Source: a virus
Taxonomy: Duplodnaviria > Caudoviricetes
DNA: 34,198 nt
IMG/VR virus record: IMGVR_UViG_3300039106_000341
Span: 1-34,198 of that record
Direction: 5' to 3' (one strand)
Shown here: positions 18,282-28,447 of the stretch, one piece after another
How the letters are laid out: every line of letters begins with the position of its first letter
How positions within the stretch are numbered: position 1 is the stretch's first letter
Notes under the pieces: model-generated
Told to the model about the DNA's origin: nothing
Databases searched by the model: none
What the model saw: only the letters and a program-made list of their open reading frames with translations
Made by a program: the position numbers and the translations under genes

Positions 18282-19444
18282 ACCATTTCATCAACACATC
18301 TGCCACTGATCTTGCCCGTGCCCGCACGGTTAGCCTGCTGAACACTTTACCTGCGCCATTTCCGGTGCTGACGGTGGGTTCACAGACTGAGCATAAATTC
18401 TTTTTTACCACCAATGGGGCTATTGATACCAGCATCGACCCAACAACCAACGTCCTACGGGTAACGATTGGTGATGTGGCAGCAGCCCAGACCAACGGTG
18501 TTTTTAGCCTAACGGTTGGAGCCACAGACCCGATTACCTTGCGGTGGGACATTGATGCCCCCGGGCTTCAGAATGCCCTTAATTCCAATTCTAGCATCAT
18601 TGCTAGCGGTGGCGTGGATGTCAGCAGGCAGGGTGACGGGCAGTTCTTGATTGCCTACCGTGCACTTGGGGCAGTTGCGACCATAATCTTTAATGGTAAA
18701 TTACTGGTGCCAGACTGCACCATTACTTCGCTGGTGCTTACGGAAGGCACATCCACGGCACGGCAGTTCTTGATGGTGACGATTGCTCGTGTGGTGCCAT
18801 TGCAGACCACGACCTTTACGGCGATTGTTTCACCGTATGCTGGTTATCAAGGCTACATTCGCCTTATCTCATCAACGGCAATGGAATTGATACGCATGAA
18901 CGGTGTAAAGCGTGGCAATTTCCTAGAATGTCAGAGCGTGATTAACGTAGAAATCATTGATACCAATGGCAACGTGATGCCTTTCTATCAATCGCCCGTG
19001 CTGTTGCGTGCCTTGAATTACAGCTTGGAAAGCCTTACACCTATCCCACCAGTGGTTGCATTTACCCAATACTTCTTTGCCCGTCCTTTGATTGTTGGAT
19101 TGGCATCAAATACTGTGAGCACGACATTGCTTGGTGGTCTTACCACGAGTGGCGATGCTTACCCTGTGGGTTGTACGGTACAATGTCAGTTTACCAATGA
19201 CGTTGTGGCTAACTTCATCCGTAAATCATCCACAGTTGCTCAGAACGTGCCGTTTGTGGTGCGTCCTTACGATTACAACGCTTCAACCAACCCGTATCAA
19301 TGGGTGTTGGATACCGTGACCAAACAAGGCGTACCTGCTACCTACGATACGACAACGGGTTCTTGGACTTACATTGTCACCGTGGGTAACACCAACGCTA
19401 TCTCTGTTGCCTCCGATCAAATTGGCTTCTCTCTACCTTCTTAA
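18278..19444 (+). CDS. Putative tail fibre attachment / baseplate-type protein
   Basis: Beta-rich, Thr-rich ORF immediately preceding the large fibre gene. Confidence 0.55.
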   Translation: MNHFINTSATDLARARTVSLLNTLPAPFPVLTVGSQTEHKFFFTTNGAIDTSIDPTTNVLRVTIGDVAAAQTNGVFSLTVGATDPITLRWDIDAPGLQNALNSNSSIIASGGVDVSRQGDGQFLIAYRALGAVATIIFNGKLLVPDCTITSLVLTEGTSTARQFLMVTIARVVPLQTTTFTAIVSPYAGYQGYIRLISSTAMELIRMNGVKRGNFLECQSVINVEIIDTNGNVMPFYQSPVLLRALNYSLESLTPIPPVVAFTQYFFARPLIVGLASNTVSTTLLGGLTTSGDAYPVGCTVQCQFTNDVVANFIRKSSTVAQNVPFVVRPYDYNASTNPYQWVLDTVTKQGVPATYDTTTGSWTYIVTVGNTNAISVASDQIGFSLPS

Positions 19445-19445
19445 C

Positions 19446-22400
19446 ATGAGCATCCCATCTACTCCTCTTAATCAATCTGTTACGGCTACCACCAGCAATG
19501 GGGCATTAGTTGCCCCCATGAACTTCCTCACCAACACGGACAACCTTAACACCATCGCAAATGGTGTTGGGTTTGTTAATGGTGTGTTGCCAGTCAGCAA
19601 AGGTGGCACGAATGCCACTAGCCTTACTGGGTATGTAAAAGGCAATGGTGCAGCAACCTTTACCGCATCACCCACGGTACCTAGCACGGACATTACGGGG
19701 CTAGGTACGATGAGTGTGCAGAATGCCAACACCGTAGCCATTACGGGTGGTAACATCACTGGCATCACCGATCTAGCTGTGGCTGACGGTGGCACAGGTG
19801 CATCCACGTTGACTGGGTATGTCAAAGGTAACGGCACCTTGGCCTTTACTGCTCTGGGCACCATACCCAACACCGACATTACGGGCTTGGGCAATTCCTC
19901 TACGCTTAACGTAGGCAATACCGCCAACACGGTTGCGGCTGGTGATGACCCACGCTTTACTGATTCGCGTACCCCTACGGGTGCTGCTGGTGGCGATTTA
20001 ACGGGCACTTACCCCAACCCGACACTTACCACCACCAACGTAGCTGCTGGCAGCTATGGCAGCGTATCCAGCTCCTCTACAACCACGGTTGATAGCAAAG
20101 GTCGCATTACCAGCATTTCGGCTAACAACATCCAGATTGCTCAGTCTCAAGTAACCAATCTTGTTACTGACCTTGCGGCTAAGATACCTGCAATTGAGAA
20201 AGCCAACGCTAACGGTGTGGCTACCCTTGATGCAGGTGGTAAAGTGCCACTGACTCAAATTCCAGATAGCGTGCTTGGGCAGTTGTCTTACATGGGCACA
20301 TGGAATGCCAGCACCAACAACCCCGCATTGGCTAACCCACCTGCATCCACAACCCAAGGTGATTACTACGTTGTGTCGGTAGCAGGTACGCAGTTTTCCA
20401 TTAGCTTTGAGGTGGGTGACTGGATTATCAGCAACGGCACCGCATGGGAAAAGGTAGATAACACGGATGCTGTTGCCTCGGTGTTTGGTCGCCTTGGTGT
20501 GGTTACGGCAGCAAGCGGTGATTACTCTGCTGTTCAGATCACCTACACGCCTACGGGCAACGTGGCAGCTACCAACGTGCAGGCTGCAATTGATGAGTTG
20601 GACAGCGAGAAATTAACCAAGGCTGCTAACTTGGCTGACTTGGTATCTCCATCTACGGCTCGTGATAACCTTGGACTAGGCACGATGAGCGTGCAAAACT
20701 CCAACAACGTATCCATCAGCGGTGGGTCAATAGCGGGCATTACAGACCTTGCAGTGGCAGATGGTGGTACTGGTGCTTCCACGCTGACGGGTTACGTTAA
20801 AGGCAACGGGACGGCAGCTTTGACGGCATCCAACACCATCCCCAACACCGACATCACGGGGCTGGGTACGATGAGCACCCAAAACTCTAACAACGTATCC
20901 ATTACTGGCGGCAGCATCACTGGTATCACTGATCTTGCAGTGGCTGATGGTGGCACGGGCGTTTCAACCTCAACTGGTACGACCAACGTGGTGTTAAGCA
21001 ACTCGCCGACCATCGTCACCCCAGTCATCGCTCAAATCAACGATGCAAACGGCAATGAGACGCTAAAGCTGGCGTCGATTGCCAGCGCGGTAAACGAGAT
21101 TTCGATTGAGAATGCCGCAACAGGAAACCCTGTGCATATTAGGGCAACAGGTGGCGATGCGTCTGTTGGACTGCACTTAGTTGCCAAAGGCGCGAGCGGA
21201 TATGTCAATGTGACTGATGGCGTGGATGAAACCAAGCGCATCATGTTTAACGCTGCGGGCGGCACGACGAACACGCGCACGATGTTGTCGAGCACGCAGA
21301 CCGTTGACCGCACGATCTCGCTGCCAGATGCGACGGATACGCTGGTCGGTAAGGCAACTACGGATACGCTCACGAACAAGACGCTTACGAGTCCAACGCT
21401 GACCACTCCAGTTCTCGGCACACCATCCAGCGGCACGCTATCGAGCTGCACAGGTCTGCCCATCAGCACGGGCGTCAGCGGTCTCGGCACGGGCATCGCT
21501 ACGGCTTTGGCCATTAACACTGGCAGCGCGGGTGCTCCGGTGCTGTTCAATGGTGCGTTGGGCACGCCTACAAGCGGCACGGTGACGAACCTAACAGGCA
21601 CGGCGTCGATTAACATCAACGGCACGGTGGGCGCGACTACGGCTAGCACAGGCGCGTTTACGACGTTGACGGCGACGACTAGCGGCTCGGTCGCAACGCT
21701 CAGTATCAACGACACGGGCGCAAACGGAGCTAACATCAGATTTGTTGGGGACGGTGCAACAACGCCAAATAAATATATTCGTGCCGCTGGAGGAAAACTT
21801 GAGTTTCTCAACAACGCATACAGCGCAATTATTGCACAGCTCTCTGATGCTGGTAGTTTTTTGGCTGCGGGCGGAATTAACTCCACGGCGCTAGGAGCCA
21901 CGACGCCGAGCACGGTGGCGGCGACAACGGTGACGGCGAGCGGCAACGTAGCTATCGGAGCAGCAGGACAAGCCCTACGCACAATCAATTTGGATGTTAC
22001 CGCAAGCGGCGCAAACGATAGCGCGGCAATCTCAATAGCAAGCAAAGGGACTGGGATTTCTACACTATCAATGGTCACGCAAGGGCGTGCCGCTGGTTGG
22101 GATATCAATTACGATTTTCCTGCAACTGGGGATTTGAGTTTTACCGATTTAGGGACGGCAGCAACTGTTGCGAAAATCACCTCCACCGGCCTAAACTCCA
22201 CGGCCATCGGAGCCACCACGCCGAGCACAGGCGCGTTTACGACGTTAAACGCGAACGGAAACGTCACCCTTGGCGGCGGTGCCGACTTCTTTAACGGCTC
22301 CGTCCGAATTTCAGACAGCGCATCGAGCACAGCACCCGCTTACTTTCAATCGGGCGAACCGGGCATTTCTGTAAGCAACGTCATCTTGTCGAATAACTAT

Positions 22401-23819
22401 TTCGGCACATCGGGCGGCGCAAGTGGGCGCAAGAATAGTTCGGTAGGCGCGTCGTATATCCGCCTCAACGCAGGCTCAGCTGCTACGTCAAACACCACGC
22501 TCGGTTTTATTAGCGCGAGCGGGACAGCAGCTGACGTCGCCACCTTCTCCTCCACCGGACTCGCTGTCACAGGCGCGTTGTCGAGCACCACAGGAGCCAA
22601 CTTTGCGACGAGCAGTGGGTCAGTGGGGATTGGGACTGCTAGCCCTGCGGCAAGCGCATCGTCAAAAGCTACGGTAGAGGCTAGTGGCTGCTTAGTAGTT
22701 GGCGGCGCAATTAACGCGCATCAAACAAATCGTGGCGTATTCCAATATAGCGTTAATGACACGACTATTCGTAGTTACGGCGCAACCGCTGGAACAGGTG
22801 CAATAGCTTTTAATACCGGAGGTGGTGGCGGTAGTGCTGACACCGAGCGTATGCGTATCGACAGCAGCGGTAACGTCGGCATTGGAACGGCGAGTCCAAC
22901 ATTATCTAGACTCCATATTCTAAAATCTGAATCTGGTTCAACCCCTGCTGCGGTTTTGAGAGTTGGGAACTCGGGTTCTGGTTATACGTCAAAAATTGTT
23001 TTAACTGATGAAACTACAAATGACGCAAACATTAGTTACATAGGGTCAATTCAATCTTTAGGATTTGGTATTGGAGCGTCATTAACTCAAATGGTCCTAA
23101 CGTCAGCAGGCAACGTCGGCATCGGCACGACGAGTCCTAGCTATCGACTCGACGTAAATAGCACAACAGATACAAAACTACTGCTTACGGGATCAACCAA
23201 TCAGAACGCTATGCGTTTTGGGGCAGCGGGGTCTGCAAACGAGTATTATGTAGCAGCCGGAAATAATTTGGTAACTGGCGGCGACAAGGGTTTTCTCATC
23301 TACAACAGCACAGCTAACCAACCTCAACTGTTTATTGAGCAATCAACACGAAACATAAAGGTGTTTGCTGGATTTGAGGTTGTTGGCGCACTCTCCAAAG
23401 GCTCCGGTTCTTTCCGCATCGAACATCCGTTGCCCGAGAAATCGGCCACGCATCAACTCGTTCACAGCTTCATCGAAGGCCCACAAGCTGACCTGATCTA
23501 TCGCGGCAAGGTTGTGCTGATTGACGGCAAAGCCTCGGTGAACATCGACGCCGCTGCGACCATGACCGAGGGCACGTTTGAAGTGCTATGCCGTGACGTG
23601 CAATGCTTCACGACCAACGAGACGGGCTGGACGGCAGTTCGCGGAAAAGTCGCGGGCAACATTCTCACCATCGAAGCCAAGGACGCCGACTGCACCGACG
23701 AGATTTCGTGGATGGTCATCGGCGAACGACAAGACCCGCACATGATGGAAACCGACTGGACAGATGACAACGGCAAGGTCATCGTCGAGCCGCTAAAGCC
23801 TAGCATCGAATCCAACTAA
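19446..23819 (+). CDS. Long mosaic tail fibre / adhesin (1457 aa)
   Basis: G/T/S/A-rich with [20 protein letters not shown] and VGIGT.SP fibre repeats, and a C-terminal [11 protein letters not shown]...LVHSFIEGP domain. ATG at 19446 follows the upstream stop. Confidence 0.9.
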   Translation: MSIPSTPLNQSVTATTSNGALVAPMNFLTNTDNLNTIANGVGFVNGVLPVSKGGTNATSLTGYVKGNGAATFTASPTVPSTDITGLGTMSVQNANTVAITGGNITGITDLAVADGGTGASTLTGYVKGNGTLAFTALGTIPNTDITGLGNSSTLNVGNTANTVAAGDDPRFTDSRTPTGAAGGDLTGTYPNPTLTTTNVAAGSYGSVSSSSTTTVDSKGRITSISANNIQIAQSQVTNLVTDLAAKIPAIEKANANGVATLDAGGKVPLTQIPDSVLGQLSYMGTWNASTNNPALANPPASTTQGDYYVVSVAGTQFSISFEVGDWIISNGTAWEKVDNTDAVASVFGRLGVVTAASGDYSAVQITYTPTGNVAATNVQAAIDELDSEKLTKAANLADLVSPSTARDNLGLGTMSVQNSNNVSISGGSIAGITDLAVADGGTGASTLTGYVKGNGTAALTASNTIPNTDITGLGTMSTQNSNNVSITGGSITGITDLAVADGGTGVSTSTGTTNVVLSNSPTIVTPVIAQINDANGNETLKLASIASAVNEISIENAATGNPVHIRATGGDASVGLHLVAKGASGYVNVTDGVDETKRIMFNAAGGTTNTRTMLSSTQTVDRTISLPDATDTLVGKATTDTLTNKTLTSPTLTTPVLGTPSSGTLSSCTGLPISTGVSGLGTGIATALAINTGSAGAPVLFNGALGTPTSGTVTNLTGTASININGTVGATTASTGAFTTLTATTSGSVATLSINDTGANGANIRFVGDGATTPNKYIRAAGGKLEFLNNAYSAIIAQLSDAGSFLAAGGINSTALGATTPSTVAATTVTASGNVAIGAAGQALRTINLDVTASGANDSAAISIASKGTGISTLSMVTQGRAAGWDINYDFPATGDLSFTDLGTAATVAKITSTGLNSTAIGATTPSTGAFTTLNANGNVTLGGGADFFNGSVRISDSASSTAPAYFQSGEPGISVSNVILSNNYFGTSGGASGRKNSSVGASYIRLNAGSAATSNTTLGFISASGTAADVATFSSTGLAVTGALSSTTGANFATSSGSVGIGTASPAASASSKATVEASGCLVVGGAINAHQTNRGVFQYSVNDTTIRSYGATAGTGAIAFNTGGGGGSADTERMRIDSSGNVGIGTASPTLSRLHILKSESGSTPAAVLRVGNSGSGYTSKIVLTDETTNDANISYIGSIQSLGFGIGASLTQMVLTSAGNVGIGTTSPSYRLDVNSTTDTKLLLTGSTNQNAMRFGAAGSANEYYVAAGNNLVTGGDKGFLIYNSTANQPQLFIEQSTRNIKVFAGFEVVGALSKGSGSFRIEHPLPEKSATHQLVHSFIEGPQADLIYRGKVVLIDGKASVNIDAAATMTEGTFEVLCRDVQCFTTNETGWTAVRGKVAGNILTIEAKDADCTDEISWMVIGERQDPHMMETDWTDDNGKVIVEPLKPSIESN
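19626..20960 (+). repeat. 62-aa (186-nt) coding repeats in the fibre N-terminal region
   Basis: The unit TGYVKGNG...[12 protein letters not shown]...[20 protein letters not shown] occurs in two blocks (about 19626-19890 and 20670-20960). Confidence 0.85.
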
Positions 23820-23824
23820 AACAC

Positions 23825-24016
23825 ATGAACACCGAACAACCAAAACCCACCATCGACATCAACGACCTCGTTGCCGTCGTCCAACTCATCGACGTTTGCT
23901 CCACTCGTGGGGCGTTTCGCGGTGAAGAACTCGCCACCGTTGGCGGCTTACGCACGAAGCTCACCGAGATCGTGAAAGCCAATCAGCCTGCGCCTGAGGC
24001 TCCGAAAGCTGAATAA
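23825..24016 (+). CDS. Small protein, likely a fibre assembly chaperone
   Basis: IDVCSTRGAFRGEEL motif in a small helical protein directly after the fibre gene. Confidence 0.55.
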   Translation: MNTEQPKPTIDINDLVAVVQLIDVCSTRGAFRGEELATVGGLRTKLTEIVKANQPAPEAPKAE

Positions 24017-24017
24017 A

Positions 24018-24578
24018 ATGGCCGGAATAAAAGATGTAAACTGGCGCAGCTACGTTGGCCCACAGGACAACGGCAGGGGCATTGTTCCTGAGCCGCTAGG
24101 TTCTATTTTTTATAATCCTAACTCTTGGTTTCCGCCAAGCAATCCGCAGGATTATGACGACTTGTTCAAGTGCTCAAACGTGAGCAACCTAACGGCCACT
24201 GGATTGACTATCCCTGCCAGCCGCGAAGACTCGATTGATTGCGTGCGCGGTGATAACTATTCCTTCCAATCCTGCACCATTGAAGGCTCCGTCACAATCA
24301 AGGGCGCGATTGATGGAGTGAAGCTCTATAACTGCGTTCTTTCGGGCACAGTGGAGCTAGGCCAATACGACAACTATTGGAAGTTTGGCAGAGCACCAAC
24401 CAAGAATGTTCTGCTGCACTCCTGTTGTTCGCCTGACGGTAAGCCAATTCGTGTAAAAGTGTGGGACGCAGACACGCCGTATGTGGTGAGTACCAACGTC
24501 AAAATCACCAAGATACCAAAGTGGGTTTGGTTGCCTTATTTCCTATTCCGTCGTCTCACCAACCCTAAAGCCGCATAA
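24018..24578 (+). CDS. Hypothetical protein with a short beta-helix-like repeat region
   Basis: EDSIDCVRG, SFQSCTI, VTIKG and VKLYNCV resemble parallel beta-helix rungs. Confidence 0.5.
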   Translation: MAGIKDVNWRSYVGPQDNGRGIVPEPLGSIFYNPNSWFPPSNPQDYDDLFKCSNVSNLTATGLTIPASREDSIDCVRGDNYSFQSCTIEGSVTIKGAIDGVKLYNCVLSGTVELGQYDNYWKFGRAPTKNVLLHSCCSPDGKPIRVKVWDADTPYVVSTNVKITKIPKWVWLPYFLFRRLTNPKAA

Positions 24579-24581
24579 GCT

Positions 24582-24992
24582 ATGTTTCCTTTAGCCGAAA
24601 TTCTAAGTATTGGCACGAAGCTGATCGACAAGCTCATTCCTGACCCTGAGGCCAAAGCTAAGGCCCAGCTTGAGTTAGCTCAATTGGCTCAGAATGGGGA
24701 GTTGGCGAAAATGAATGCGGACTTGGAAGCCTACAAGACCGAGCAGAACAATCTTACGGATCGGCTCAAGGCGGACATGGCGAGTGATAGCTGGATGTCT
24801 AAGAACATCAGACCCATGACGCTTGCTGCGATCCTAGCTGGCTATTTTATATTCGCGGCTATGAGTGCCTTTGGCTACAACGCCAACGAGTCTTACGTTT
24901 CACTTCTTGGGCAATGGGGTATGCTTATAATGTCGTTTTACTTTGGCGGTCGCACGCTAGAGAAGATCATGGAAATGAGGGCTAAGAAATGA
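24582..24992 (+). CDS. Holin, 3TM / GTA-holin-like
   Basis: KLIDKLIPDPEAKAKAQLEL, DMASDSWMSKNIRP, transmembrane segments and FYFGGRTLEK. Confidence 0.8.
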   Translation: MFPLAEILSIGTKLIDKLIPDPEAKAKAQLELAQLAQNGELAKMNADLEAYKTEQNNLTDRLKADMASDSWMSKNIRPMTLAAILAGYFIFAAMSAFGYNANESYVSLLGQWGMLIMSFYFGGRTLEKIMEMRAKK

Positions 24993-25303
24993 GCGATGAA
25001 TCTCCAAAATCTGCGCTAATCGAGAAAACGGCATTTGCAGTGCTGCCTATCCTGTTTTCTTGCGTGGTGTACCTCATGTCCTCGCTGTCCAGTCTTTCAA
25101 AAGAGGTTACTATTCTCAAGCAACAGGTGAGCCTTGTGGTGACTTCGGATAACAAGCAAGCAACCAATACGGGAGCTGAACTTGCCCGCGAGAAGCTACG
25201 GCAAGACCTTGAAAAAGAGATTCAGCACAACCGAGACATGATTTTTGACAACCGTCAGACCATCGCCGTTCTCCACGAACGAGTCACTGCATTAAAGAAA
25301 TGA
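24989..25303 (+). CDS. Membrane-anchored coiled-coil protein (lysis-associated?)
   Basis: One N-terminal transmembrane segment (AFAVLPILFSCVVYLM) followed by a coiled coil. Coupled to the holin gene. Confidence 0.6.
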   Translation: MSDESPKSALIEKTAFAVLPILFSCVVYLMSSLSSLSKEVTILKQQVSLVVTSDNKQATNTGAELAREKLRQDLEKEIQHNRDMIFDNRQTIAVLHERVTALKK

Positions 25304-25485
25304 GCACTCTGAAATCCGCTATCCACGACAATGTTTCTGGCCTAACGGCTAGTACCGTTAGCTGGCTTGGGGTTATCACTGCCAGCCAAGAGCAGCTTGA
25401 GTTCTGGCTAAAGTGCGCTTCGTACCTTGGTGCGATCTTGGTATCGTACATTACGTTGTACCGGATGCTACGAGCTAAGAAGTAA
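25300..25485 (+). CDS. Small two-TM holin-like membrane protein
   Basis: Two hydrophobic segments and a basic C-terminus (RMLRAKK). ATGA coupling. Confidence 0.55.
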   Translation: MSTLKSAIHDNVSGLTASTVSWLGVITASQEQLEFWLKCASYLGAILVSYITLYRMLRAKK

Positions 25486-25490
25486 CTACC

Positions 25491-26240
25491 ATGTCTAAGC
25501 ACGCCCAGCGGTTTATCGTGGTGAGCGATAACCACGGCGATATGGCAGATGCAGCCAGTGTGGGTGCGTTGTGGTCGTTTATGGCTGATTGGAAACCTGA
25601 GATACGCATACACGCAGGAGACAATTATGACTTTAGAAACCTACGCAAAGGTGCATCTGATGAGGAGAAAGCGGCATCATTAGCAGAAGATTGGGAAGCG
25701 GGTAATGATTTCATGCGTCGGTTCTTTGAGGGTGGTAAGAGCAACCACTTTATGAGGGGCAACCACGATGAGCGTATCTATGACTTCCGTAACAATTGCA
25801 CGGGCATGGTGCGTGACTATGCTACCGATGGCATAAAGCAATTGGAAGCTACGGTAAAGCGGTGCAAAGCCAAGATGCTGCCGTATGATAGCGACCTTGG
25901 GGTGCTTGAGCTAGGCAAGCTGTCGGTGCTACACGGATTTCATGCAGGGGCAGGTGCGTGTAGGATGCACGCTGCTATTTTTCGTAACTGTGTTTTTGGC
26001 CATGTGCATACCATCGAGTCAGCCCCAGTTGCAGCTCGTGAACCAGCAGAGGCACGCAGCATTGGTTGCTTGTGTCGGCGAGACATGGATTACATCAACA
26101 AAAAGACAGGTAAGTTAAGGTGGGCACAGGGTTGGGCGTATGGGTTGTTATTCCCTGATAATACCTACCAACTTTGGCAGACTCGCAACATCAACGGTAA
26201 CTTCTATGCAGCCTCGCAAATCCAAACCTACCACGCCTAA
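25491..26240 (+). CDS. Calcineurin-like metallophosphoesterase
   Basis: All five motifs are present: SDNHG, GDNYD, GNHD, LHG and GHVH. Confidence 0.92.
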   Translation: MSKHAQRFIVVSDNHGDMADAASVGALWSFMADWKPEIRIHAGDNYDFRNLRKGASDEEKAASLAEDWEAGNDFMRRFFEGGKSNHFMRGNHDERIYDFRNNCTGMVRDYATDGIKQLEATVKRCKAKMLPYDSDLGVLELGKLSVLHGFHAGAGACRMHAAIFRNCVFGHVHTIESAPVAAREPAEARSIGCLCRRDMDYINKKTGKLRWAQGWAYGLLFPDNTYQLWQTRNINGNFYAASQIQTYHA

Positions 26241-26478
26241 TTGGGCGGTTGAGTTGCGTTCGTTACTCTCGGCAAAGACACGCGAACCAAAAGGTGACGG
26301 GTGGATGACGACAGAGGAGTTTGCTAAATCGTTAAAAATAGCCACAGGCACCGCTCATAAATACTTACGTCGAGGACTTGCTTTAGGGCATCTGGAAAGG
26401 TTCACAGGTACAGCAAATTCTGCTGCGGGAATCAGGCTACAAACGTGGCATCGACCTGTGCAGGGTAAGCGCAAATAA
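26206..26478 (+). CDS. Small winged-HTH DNA-binding protein
   Basis: GWMTTEEFAKSLKIATGTAHKYLRRGLALGHLE fits an HTH pattern. The start is uncertain (ATG at 26206). Confidence 0.65.
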   Translation: MQPRKSKPTTPNWAVELRSLLSAKTREPKGDGWMTTEEFAKSLKIATGTAHKYLRRGLALGHLERFTGTANSAAGIRLQTWHRPVQGKRK

Positions 26479-26481
26479 CCA

Positions 26482-26509
26482 TTGACGAGTTAGCAACGTG
26501 TGCTAACTT
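26482..26509 (+). promoter_or_regulatory. Sigma70-like promoter overlapped by a perfect inverted repeat
   Basis: TTGACG-16 nt-TAACTT with an extended TG. AGTTAGCA-N5-TGCTAACT lies at 26488-26508. Confidence 0.5.
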
Positions 26510-26543
26510 ATGGGTAAGCGAGCGCGATCAAACAGTTTGAACT

Positions 26544-26586
26544 AAGCCAAGGATGCGGGAACCAACTAACCCTCCTTGGCTTTTTT
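26544..26586 (+). terminator. Terminator between the convergent late and early arms
   Basis: Stem AAGCCAAGGA / TCCTTGGCTT followed by a T run. Confidence 0.8.
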
Positions 26587-26591
26587 ATGCC

Positions 26592-27026
26592 CTACTTTTG
26601 AGTGTCGTAGTAAAGGTTGGACACTCGGATGCCGTAGTCATTTTTCAACGCACCGTATGAATCAAATACGCGCAGGGTGCCAACAAAGCCTTTGTTCCAA
26701 AGTAGGGCTAGGCTGTATGGGCTGATGTTTTGGGTTCTGCAAAGCATACCAGCCAATCGGCGCAATCGAGCACGGGCAAACAAGCGTGAGGTTTCGTTGT
26801 TTGCGGTTAAATTGTAAGGGATAAATTTACCAGCATCTTCAACCCATGCTTTCTTAGTCCAGCACAGCACACCACCGGGGTCGCTTGGTTTGCCGTTCTC
26901 CACCATTTCTAGGCAGTTTAACAGCACGTCTAGGTCTATGCCTGCCTTGGCGATAATATCCTCCTTAAATTCAATTGTACGGTGTTCTGCTGATGGTTGC
27001 ATGGGTGGTGGCGGGTAAACAATCAT
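26592..27026 (-). CDS. Lysozyme-fold / lytic transglycosylase-like protein
   Basis: LLNCLEMVENG (putative catalytic Glu), PYSLALLWNKG and DYGIRVSNLY match the SLT-like motif order. ATG at 27026 overlaps the upstream TGA. Confidence 0.65.
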   Translation of the reverse strand: MIVYPPPPMQPSAEHRTIEFKEDIIAKAGIDLDVLLNCLEMVENGKPSDPGGVLCWTKKAWVEDAGKFIPYNLTANNETSRLFARARLRRLAGMLCRTQNISPYSLALLWNKGFVGTLRVFDSYGALKNDYGIRVSNLYYDTQK

Positions 27027-27505
27027 TGGGTCAGGTGCAGGTTGAGTAGGGCTATGGCATCGCACTCGTTGTCATCGGTGATGTCGAGGTTGGGGTATTC
27101 GCGTTTGGTTCTGGCAATCATTTCAGGCTTCTTGGCTGTACCTTTACCTGTCCAGAACTTCTTAACGGCTGAGGGTGAGTAGCTGTAAAGCGGGATGTTG
27201 TGTTTGGCGGCATGGGCTAGGAGAATGCCACGGAAACCAACGCATACCTGCACAGCAGCGGCAGATTTGAAGAAGCCAGCCATTTCATACACGATCTCAT
27301 CGTAGCGTGGGCCATGCAGCATTTCAGTAAGCCAGTTATCAAACATGGCATGGCTGGCACCCACATGGGCAGCAGCACGGGTTTTGGTGGCAGTTTGCTT
27401 GGCGAAGCATTGGCTACCGGATGTCAGCACATCGCTGGCTAGGATGGCGTACCCTGTGGTGGTAGCCATATCAAGGGCAAGGATGCGTATAGGTCGTAGG
27501 TTCAT
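27023..27505 (-). CDS. RuvC-like Holliday junction resolvase
   Basis: Motifs ILALDMATTTG, IVYE, PSAVKKFWTGKGTAKK.EM and DNECDAIAL. Confidence 0.9.
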   Translation of the reverse strand: MNLRPIRILALDMATTTGYAILASDVLTSGSQCFAKQTATKTRAAAHVGASHAMFDNWLTEMLHGPRYDEIVYEMAGFFKSAAAVQVCVGFRGILLAHAAKHNIPLYSYSPSAVKKFWTGKGTAKKPEMIARTKREYPNLDITDDNECDAIALLNLHLTQ

Positions 27506-27765
27506 TGTTTGTCGAGTTTAGGCAGGATTTGCAGGCAGAAATACCGTAGGGCAGCACGAGCGTGCTTGCAGGTGGTGTTGCGGGTTAAACGTGGTTCACC
27601 ACGGTCTAGGGCAGGTTGGCGGCGGGTACTCCAATCAATGCAGGCACACCACATGGCTCCTTTGTTGGCTGTGATGTCCACACGGTAACGGCGACCTGCT
27701 TTGCTGCGAGAGGCAACTTGGTACACGAAGGACTCACCCTCGGATTCAATGACTTCACTGCTCAT
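27502..27765 (-). CDS. SWIM zinc-finger protein
   Basis: Y.V.S......YRVD...CACIDW...CKH pattern. Confidence 0.8.
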   Translation of the reverse strand: MSSEVIESEGESFVYQVASRSKAGRRYRVDITANKGAMWCACIDWSTRRQPALDRGEPRLTRNTTCKHARAALRYFCLQILPKLDKQ

Positions 27766-28196
27766 TTATTTAACTTCTCAGCGTACTGCTGACTGGTTAC
27801 TTTTTTGAGGTTCTTGTATTGTTCAGCAAACATGGTGTCGGTAGCGCACCAGTTAGAAACAGCTTTCTGTGCGTGTATTACCGTGCCATGATCTCGATTA
27901 AACGCATCACCGATCTCAGTCAGGGTATATTTGGTCAGCTCTGAACAAATCGTCATGGCAATCTGCCTAGCACGACTAAAGGAAGCGGTACGAATGGGCG
28001 ATGTCATCGCATTCAATGGCAGATGAAAATGCTGGCATACGATCTCTTGGCAGATGCGTATGGCTGGTGGGGCAAAATCTAACTCACCTCCTTCGGTTTT
28101 GAATGAGTTGAACAGTTCTTGTTCAAGATTGGTCAGCTCAGTACGAATTTGGACAATGCGTTTGAGTTTAGCTTCATTGGTGGTGAGTTGTTTCAT
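27762..28196 (-). CDS. Stand-alone DnaA C-terminal (domain IV) HTH protein
   Basis: R...FSRARQIAM...ELTKYTLTEIGDAFNRDHGTVIHA signature, with no AAA+ domain. Confidence 0.88.
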   Translation of the reverse strand: MKQLTTNEAKLKRIVQIRTELTNLEQELFNSFKTEGGELDFAPPAIRICQEIVCQHFHLPLNAMTSPIRTASFSRARQIAMTICSELTKYTLTEIGDAFNRDHGTVIHAQKAVSNWCATDTMFAEQYKNLKKVTSQQYAEKLNK

Positions 28197-28447
28197 GGAG
28201 AGAATAGCGTGTAATTTTCGACTAGGCTTATGGTGACAGCTTTACCGCTGTTGCCTCTAACGATGAGGTGGTAGTCAGGGATGTGCCCTTGCTCTGTGTA
28301 ACCGATGAAGGTTTGTTTTTCGACTGTGCCGACAAGCCTGCGAATAGTTCCCCTAACGAGGTAGTCAAAGCTGACGGTTCTGCCGACAAAGCGATCTTTG
28401 GTTGGGTGTGGGTCGTTGAGTTGTTTGGTTGGTTGTTCATGTGACAT
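28193..28447 (-). CDS. Hypothetical protein
   Basis: Overlapping stop/start with both neighbours. Confidence 0.55.
   Translation of the reverse strand: MSHEQPTKQLNDPHPTKDRFVGRTVSFDYLVRGTIRRLVGTVEKQTFIGYTEQGHIPDYHLIVRGNSGKAVTISLVENYTLFSP

Noticed and set aside
19626-20960. CRISPR-like array
   Set aside because: The repeats are degenerate protein-coding units with synonymous variation, not identical repeats with unique spacers.
21032-22108. 358-aa antisense ORF (and similar shorter ones) opposite the tail fibre
   Set aside because: Its V/P/A-rich sequence mirrors the T/G/A codons of the fibre, so it is not an independent gene.
19446-23819. Diversity-generating retroelement or invertible shufflon acting on the fibre
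   Set aside because: No reverse transcriptase or invertase is in the window. The repeats are in-frame, direct, and not adenine-specific variants.
26488-26508. CIRCE (HrcA) heat-shock operator
   Set aside because: It shares TTAGCA/TGCTAA ends but lacks the CTC/GAG and the 9-nt spacer of TTAGCACTC-N9-GAGTGCTAA.
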